Assembly: GCA_052426225.1 (NCBI GenBank) | Contig: JBNJNM010000010.1 | Location: 1,178,001-1,242,000, forward strand | Direction: 5' to 3' | DNA from: Zancudomyces culisetae HAW-14-8 | Lineage: Eukaryota > Fungi > Kickxellomycota | DNA length: 64,000 nt | Shown here: positions 57,401 through 64,000 of the stretch, piece by piece | How positions within the stretch are numbered: position 1 is the stretch's first letter | How the letters are laid out: the number at the start of each line of letters is the position of its first letter | Program-made: the position numbers and the translations under genes | Notes under the pieces: model-generated | Told to the model about the DNA's origin: nothing | Database searches by the model: none | The model's input: the letters and a program-made list of their open reading frames with translations, nothing else

Positions 57401-60400
57401 TCTTCTGATTCCACTGGCGTTGTTCTCTTTGGTCCAATATACTTTGTCACATTTAAAAACAGTTGCAATAAACTCGTTCCTACCTTTCCCGCCACCTCGC
57501 TTATAATCTTTACATTTGCACAATATCGACTTGCATCTGCTTTCTTTATTTCTTTTTCTTTTTCTTTCTCTAACTCTTTTTCTAACTCTTTCTCTTTCTC
57601 CTTCTCTTTCTCCTTGTTCTTTTCCTTTTCTATTTCTTTTACCTTCTCCATACATTCTGCCATATACAACTCCAATTCCAGTATCTTCAAATACACCTTG
57701 GTTAAGTTCTCCATCATTTCTCGTCCCTTCCCTTTACTCATCTCCTGAACAAACATCACTATACTCTTGCTCTCAGCTGCTGATGTGCTTGAAAATTGAA
57801 ATACCGACAACGAAATCAACCCTGACAATTCTGTCAAACTACACAGCTTTTCCTCCAAACTCTCTATCAATTTTTCCCCTTCACCTTCACCTTCCCCTTC
57901 ACCTTCCCCTTCACCTTCTTTCAATATCTGTTTAACTTGCTTCAAAAGATCTTGTTCAAGTACCATTTTGAATCCTGGCTTATCTACCACTTGTATCAAC
58001 GCCTTAACCATCCCTTCAAACACTACCTCTGGTATTGTAGATACTAATGCCTCACACACCCCCGAAATCGACTTGACTGTTCTCGTTCCAACCCAGTTAA
58101 ATGGCATTTTCCGCGACCCCAGCAGCTTCAACGTCGTTTCCCACCCCTTCTTCTCCAAAAACAACTCGTTCTGCGTTCGTTGTTGAAACAACCCTTCCAA
58201 AAATGTAAATGCTGACTCCACCATAAAGTTGTATATATCTACCAACTGATCCTTACTCTCCAACTGCTTGTCATTTCTAAACAACTGCGTATTCCCTGGG
58301 TTAAGCTCTGCCAATTCTTTCCCCTCCCTTCCCAACCTCTCCAGCTTGTTCAACATTGCTATTATCTTTTCCATTATTTCCTCTTTCACACTCGGGAAAT
58401 GCCGCATAAACTCATCTATTCCCACTCCCAAGGTTCCCGGAATGTCTCCTTCCTGTAGTATCTTTACAAAATTAAAATCAGTAAACACTCCAAACATCAC
58501 ATCCAGTATCTTGGATTCCGAAAACATCTTCAGTCCCGCACTGTTCAAACAAATCGCCCCCAATCCATTCGGAATTGCCATCAACACATCGCCAGAATAT
58601 GGAATATGCTCCTCTATCGACTTCAAAAATGTCTGTGGAAGTTTAGACTCTTGAAGTACCAAAAGGCTTGTTGGCTCGTTGTGCACCATGTTTGCCATCA
58701 GATCCACCGCATGCCCATATACCAATCCCCCAAAACTAACTGGATGCTGAAATATTTGTCCAAGTGACTTTGGCAGACTGCCTTCTACTAGATTCCGTAA
58801 TCGATCTTGCATCCCATTGTTTGCTATCATCTTGGATAACAACTTGAACAACTCTTTCAGCAGCGTTCCCTGCGTTGTATTCACTATCTCTGGTCGTCGG
58901 TACTGCTCCTCAAGACTGCTTGGATACTTTGGAACTTGTGTTGGCGCCACTGAAAACACCTTAAACTCCTCCTCGCTGACTTTCCCTTCATACTCTATCA
59001 TCTCGCCTACCTCGTTGCTTATCCTCTCCACTACCACTGTCACTCCATCACATCCACAAAATGCCCCAAATCCACTCCTGGGTGTCGATACCAAATTCTC
59101 TATTATTCTTGTCACCCGCCCAACGTCCCACTTGTACTCGCTGTCTCGGTTTTTTAATGAATCCACCAACACCTGCATCATCCCTGCTGATATCAACATC
59201 CGTCCTCCGTTTAGATCCGTTATTATATACGTCACCAAGCTATACAAACACTGTCTAAACTCCTTGTTGTACTTAACTTTTCCTTTCACCTTGCCTGCAA
59301 ACACCTTTCTAAGAATATTCATCAGGATCCCGTGATTGGCTGTTATATTAAGCGCGCTATATATCGCTGCAACCTCACTTTGTTGCTTCAAAAGTGACTC
59401 TAGACATCCCAACGCCACTGTACATATCTCCAAACTTGCTCCTGACTCGTCCTGCAGTAACTCTACTATATCTGGCGAGATTTTTGGCTGGAACTTCAAC
59501 ACATTTGCCTTGAACTCCGGCTTTGTCCCAAGTGTCGCTATAAGCGCTATTGCATTTATCCTAACACTCAGCAATTGCTCTCGCTTCTCCCGACTTCCTT
59601 CGGCCAATACCATGCCTATCCTAACCTTTTGGTATAATTCTAAGTGTCTAGAATGTGGCACGTGATACTGTTTGGCTATTTTTTCAAACACTTGCTGCTC
59701 CGTCATCTCCCGTACCATTTTTACTGCTATACAAATATTTACTAGTCCCTCTGCAATAACTCCCGCCTCGCTTCCAACACTTGACCCTCTTCCTGCAACC
59801 TTCTTTCCTGACCCGCTCCTGACCAAGCCTTTACGCTTGCTTGAAACCACTCCCCCACTCGCCTTTTGCGGTTTCGTGTTGGTTCCTCCTCCAGATGTCT
59901 CTATCTTTTCTATTTCACTCTTTTTTACTATTTTCAGCGCCTCGGCTGCTGTCCTGTAAAAACTAAAGTCAATAGTCACTCCTGCCTCACTCTTCTTTAT
60001 CTTTCCTCCATTCTTGATCACGTACTTGTATTCATTGACCTGCTGCACCGCTACACTCTTATTTTTACCTTCTTCTTCCTTTAATTCCTCGTAGTATTTC
60101 TCCAACCCCCATGGCTCTGAAAGAACTCGCAGCTGTGGCATCAATTCTGATATCCGCTGCCTAATTGCTTGCTGGAAATTTCCCTTCTGTGACAGTACTA
60201 TCAACAGCTTTATAGTTCTTTCAATGATCCTTAGATCAGTTGTGTTCATCAAGTCCAACAACCGCCCCACTGAGGAGTAGATGTTCTTGTTCACGCAATT
60301 CTCAGTCAGCAGCTTTGTAAATTCCAAAACTGAACACACAATCTTTACGCTATCCTCATCTATCTCCTTTCTCGCTATATGTGTCACTGGCTGCTTGAGT

Positions 60401-60737
60401 TCAAAGGTCTTTACTACTCTCTCCAAAATCTCGTCAAATCTATTTAGAACCTTTATCCAATGGAAAAAATCACTCCTGCTAAACGGCCACTCCTTCACCG
60501 TTGCTATTGCTGCCACAACTTCATCTTCCGTTCCTTTTTCCAATTTTGTCCGAAGTTCAGAGATTTCAATTGGCTATTTAGATTATATTTTATAATTATT
60601 AACTATACTGTTATTTCTTCCACCTCGTATACTTCTCTAATAATTTTATTTAGTCAATTTAAAACTTGGGTATTCATATTTTTTATACTTACCGGAAAAT
60701 TAAGCTTCTTACGATTCTGTTTCTTTATAATCGTCAT
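47152..60737 (-). CDS. TOM1: HECT E3 ubiquitin ligase Tom1/HUWE1 (about 4488 aa). Exon 1 60737-60693, intron 60692-60574, exon 2 60573-47152
   Basis: WPFSRSDFFHWIKVLNRFD (DUF908), DUF913 region, UBA (LVSIGFERRNVEEALR...AADYL), UBM-like IDLEFIQAIPNEMRREV and EFLDALPPDIRQEV, HECT domain with catalytic LPSAHTCFNQLDLP and terminal GFGFS. Confidence 0.96.
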
Positions 60738-62479
60738 TCTGTCTTTTTTTTTTCTCCTATACTTTAGTCCTTTAATGATCTTTATGTTTTTTTTTCTCTT
60801 CGATTTTGTTTAATCACTAGCCTTGCTTTCTTTTACCTTGCACAAAAAGGCAAAAAAAAACTTTTTTGCAGATATTATACTGAATTCTTTTTACTTTTAT
60901 GCGTTATAGTATTATTGTTGTTGTATTTTTTGCTGTTATTGTTTACAAAATACCAATTCCTTCTTGTATTACTTTTTCTAATTACAATATTTCATACAAC
61001 TATTTTGACTATATACCACTTTTACACCAACAGTTAATATATTTAAAAATATTTCAATTCTTTTAACGTTGCATTTGTTTTTATATTTGTGTTTATATAA
61101 TTTACAAACTCAAAAATAAATATTAGCATTGTAATTTGATTGAAAACATTGGGCAAAAATAAATCATTTGGCTGCGCAAATTACGGGGAATTTAGAAAAA
61201 AAAAAAATTTTTTTATTGTAACTTTTATTTCATTTCGTTTTTTTTCAAGTTCAACATACTCCAACTACATTTTTGCCCAGCTCAATATATTTATTCAGTA
61301 TATTTACTTATTTTTTATTCTGCAAGATTCCATCACTATTTAGAAATAAATCCCACTAGTTTATATTAACTGGTACAATTTAAAACACTAAAAATAATGT
61401 CGACTGTTTTTATTATCATCATTATTATTTACTGCACATTTTATGGTTATGATGATACCTGCTCTTATAAAAAACAAATATAAAGATATTACCACTCCCC
61501 CTCCCCTCCCCTTCTCTTCCCTCCTCATTCACCCACCTTCAAAGCCTTCAAAACCTTCAAAACCATATCCCAAAATCATATCTATCATCCCACCTTACTT
61601 TTTTCTGTCTCCATTCAATCTCTTTGTTGAAAAATATTTTTCTGCTTTGGAGAGCAAAAGTAATACCATTCATACACAAAAAAAACATACCAAACGATTT
61701 CCAATTCTTTAGAATTGTATCCAAACTTCGAGGTATCATTTTAAGGCGTAGTTTTGAGTATTTGTGGGGTAGTAGGGATAAACTATTATCAGGAGTATAA
61801 AGTATCAGCAATTTTGAATTTAAATGTATCCAACCTCAATTTATTTTTAGTTTTTTTCCACAATGTTGGTACCTATAAACACTATAGTTATATTCTACTC
61901 GTTCTTTTTGTATGTCTGTATTCCTCTAGAGTTTACAAAGTAGACGATTCCAATAAAAGTCATAACATTCATCAATTTACAACAAATTCAATCTTCTCAA
62001 GCAATGGCTGTTAGTCTGTACATGACATTTATCTGTTTCTAGATATCACACTTGTAATATTTTAATCAATTATTAAAGATAAAATACATACATGTAGATA
62101 TAGGCGAGTACAACTTTCTTTTAGTTCCTGTAGCAAGCCATTTCATATTCGGTGATGTATCGTATATTTAAAAAGCTCAAAATAATGAGGATAATATTCA
62201 AATTCACTACACAACTGCACCCTTATGCTCATCACTATTCCAATGCTATGTTATGTATGTGTCTATATTAGACCTAAAAAAAACTGTTTAATGTACATAA
62301 CATACAATTATGCAAATGCATCTGTGCTCCAAGTTTGATACCATGTACTATTCCCAACCTCTATAAAAGGGCAAAATAAGTTTGAATAAACAAAAATAGA
62401 TGGTATAATTTTGTTTGATAAACATTATCATGTAGTTTGATTATGATATCCAAGAGTTATTCTCCAGCTCCTACTTGTA

Positions 62480-62515
62480 TAGTGATAGTGATAGTGATAG
62501 TGATAGTGATAGTGA
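62480..62515. repeat. (TAGTGA)6 hexanucleotide repeat, intergenic
   Basis: Read directly. Confidence 0.9.
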
Positions 62516-62931
62516 TGATGATATTAGTAGCCACCCTCTTTAAATTAAATATTACAACATGCCTTAAATAACACCCGAGTTAAATCTGGTTCAATTCTAC
62601 TACAACTCATTATTATTCGATTTGATTTTTTTTTTCTCGATCACCTTTCAGTAATTTATATTTTTTTATTGAATTTCAATTTAGCCAAAAAAAACGTAAT
62701 AACGAAGCTGATTTAATACTGAAAATTTTTTTTGTACTATAAAACCGCAAATCATATTCCAAGACTACAAATCAAACTTGATGCTAAGGCTAAATTACAA
62801 TATTTTGTCCCCCCCTTTTCCACTATTCTTTCTTCCCGCCTCGCACCAAAATCTATAAATAAATATTATATACTCATATATTTTGCAAAGAAATATATAT
62901 TAATTTGCGTGAACAAGGTGTTAATTTAAAA

Positions 62932-63806
62932 ATGAGTGAAAATATCTGGGTTTCAATAGCTGATGGGAACGTCGATCGGGTCAAGGAATTGATATCTGCT
63001 GATGTACAATACGCCAACATCCAGGACGATAATGGCTACTCGCCATTGTAAGTTTTATTTCGTTTCTTCTATCTACATTTCGACACATTATAACATTTTT
63101 AAAACATACTCCTCTATCCCGACAGCTAAAGACACCATTTCAAGAGATTATTTAATCCGATTATATAGACATGCTGCATCTTCGTATAACAATTTAGAAT
63201 TGATCGATTTTATCCTACAAAACGGTGGAAATGTAAATATTCTTGATAACGATGGCGATTCCCCTCTTCACGTTTGCGAGAGTGTGGAATGTGCAATACA
63301 TCTTATTAAAAACGGTGCAGACTACAAAATACTAAACAAAGATGGGTTCAATGTAAGCTCACTTGTATTTACCTTACTCATCTACCTGTGTACTTTTTAT
63401 ACTTTTATCCATTGAAACGACTTGTATTAACGCATTGTACAACAAAAACGTACTACACCCACAATAGGCGATTCAAGCAATTGGAATTAATGATCAAATA
63501 GAGGTAGCAAAGGGGGTATGTGATTATCTTGGTTTGAAATTGGAATTGCCAGGAGAAACAGGCAGTGAATTAGACTCTATAAATGGCAAGGGCGGAGATG
63601 ATGACGATGACGAGGGTTTGGATCCTGACGAGCTTGATGAATATCTCAATTCTGAGAGTTTAGATGCTATATTTGCCCAAATAATGCAGGATGCTGGGGG
63701 TGATGGAAGTATCGACGAAAATGAACTCAAAAGCTTGGTATTGGATTACATCAAAAAAGAAAAGTTTAAACATCTTGGGAACAGCGAGGATCAACCCCAA
63801 CAGTAA
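62932..63806 (+). CDS. Small ankyrin-repeat protein (YCR051W-like). Exons 62932-63047, 63169-63352, 63468-63806
   Basis: Spliced MSENIWVSIADGNVDRVKELI...DDNGYSPLHAASSYNNLELIDFIL..GGNVNILDNDGDSPLHV with an acidic tail. Both introns are GT-AG and keep the frame. Confidence 0.87.
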
Positions 63807-64000
63807 TGTAGAACCTTGACTGCTATCCTTGTAATACCAAACGGAATGTGCAAAAATAGAATAAAACAATCATCTATATCTTTTTCCTTGTCTAGTCTGT
63901 CAAAAATATATCTGGTATACACATGTATAAACGTATATTAGGTTCTGTTTTATGTTCACCAGACACTTTGCGACATAAACGATCAATTTACATTTAATTT

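Noticed and set aside
2699-60737. CDC6, SPT8 and TOM1 in one window as a functional cluster (Tom1/HUWE1 acts on Cdc6 and SAGA in model systems)
   Set aside because: More than 40 kb apart with unrelated genes in between. Most likely coincidence.
47245-60813. Numerous long plus-strand ORFs antisense to TOM1 (and to MED14)
   Set aside because: Shadow ORFs caused by the C/T-rich, stop-poor antisense strand and low-complexity repeats.
2125-62760. Recurring CGCAAAW word upstream of several genes
   Set aside because: The number of occurrences appears compatible with chance for this amount of intergenic DNA, and it could not be tested without computation.

Overview
Eukaryotic, AT-rich fungal DNA with short GT-AG introns. 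The gene content (BTG/Tob, SENP8/NEDP1, a bacterial-type CAP protein) suggests an early-diverging lineage such as Zoopagomycota/Harpellales, which is an inference. Left to right the window holds: SPT8 (partial), CDC6, a secreted Ser/Thr-rich orphan, an intact and very young 5.4-kb Ty3/gypsy LTR retrotransposon, tRNA-Asn(GTT), SENP8/NEDP1, a hormone-sensitive-lipase-like gene, NOP13, LTV1, a CAP/SCP protein, a membrane alpha/beta-hydrolase-fold pseudoenzyme, MED14, a BTG/Tob gene, TOM1/HUWE1 and a small ankyrin gene. The standout observation is the retrotransposon. It sits 8 bp upstream of a tRNA-Asn gene, at the predicted Pol III start site about 30 bp from the gene's original TATA box. Its 18-nt primer-binding site is the exact complement of the 3' end of that same tRNA-Asn, so the primer tRNA and the target gene are the same species. 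The right half of the window (beyond about 29.6 kb) is a distinct domain with dense simple repeats and G/C strand skew that flips inside genes.
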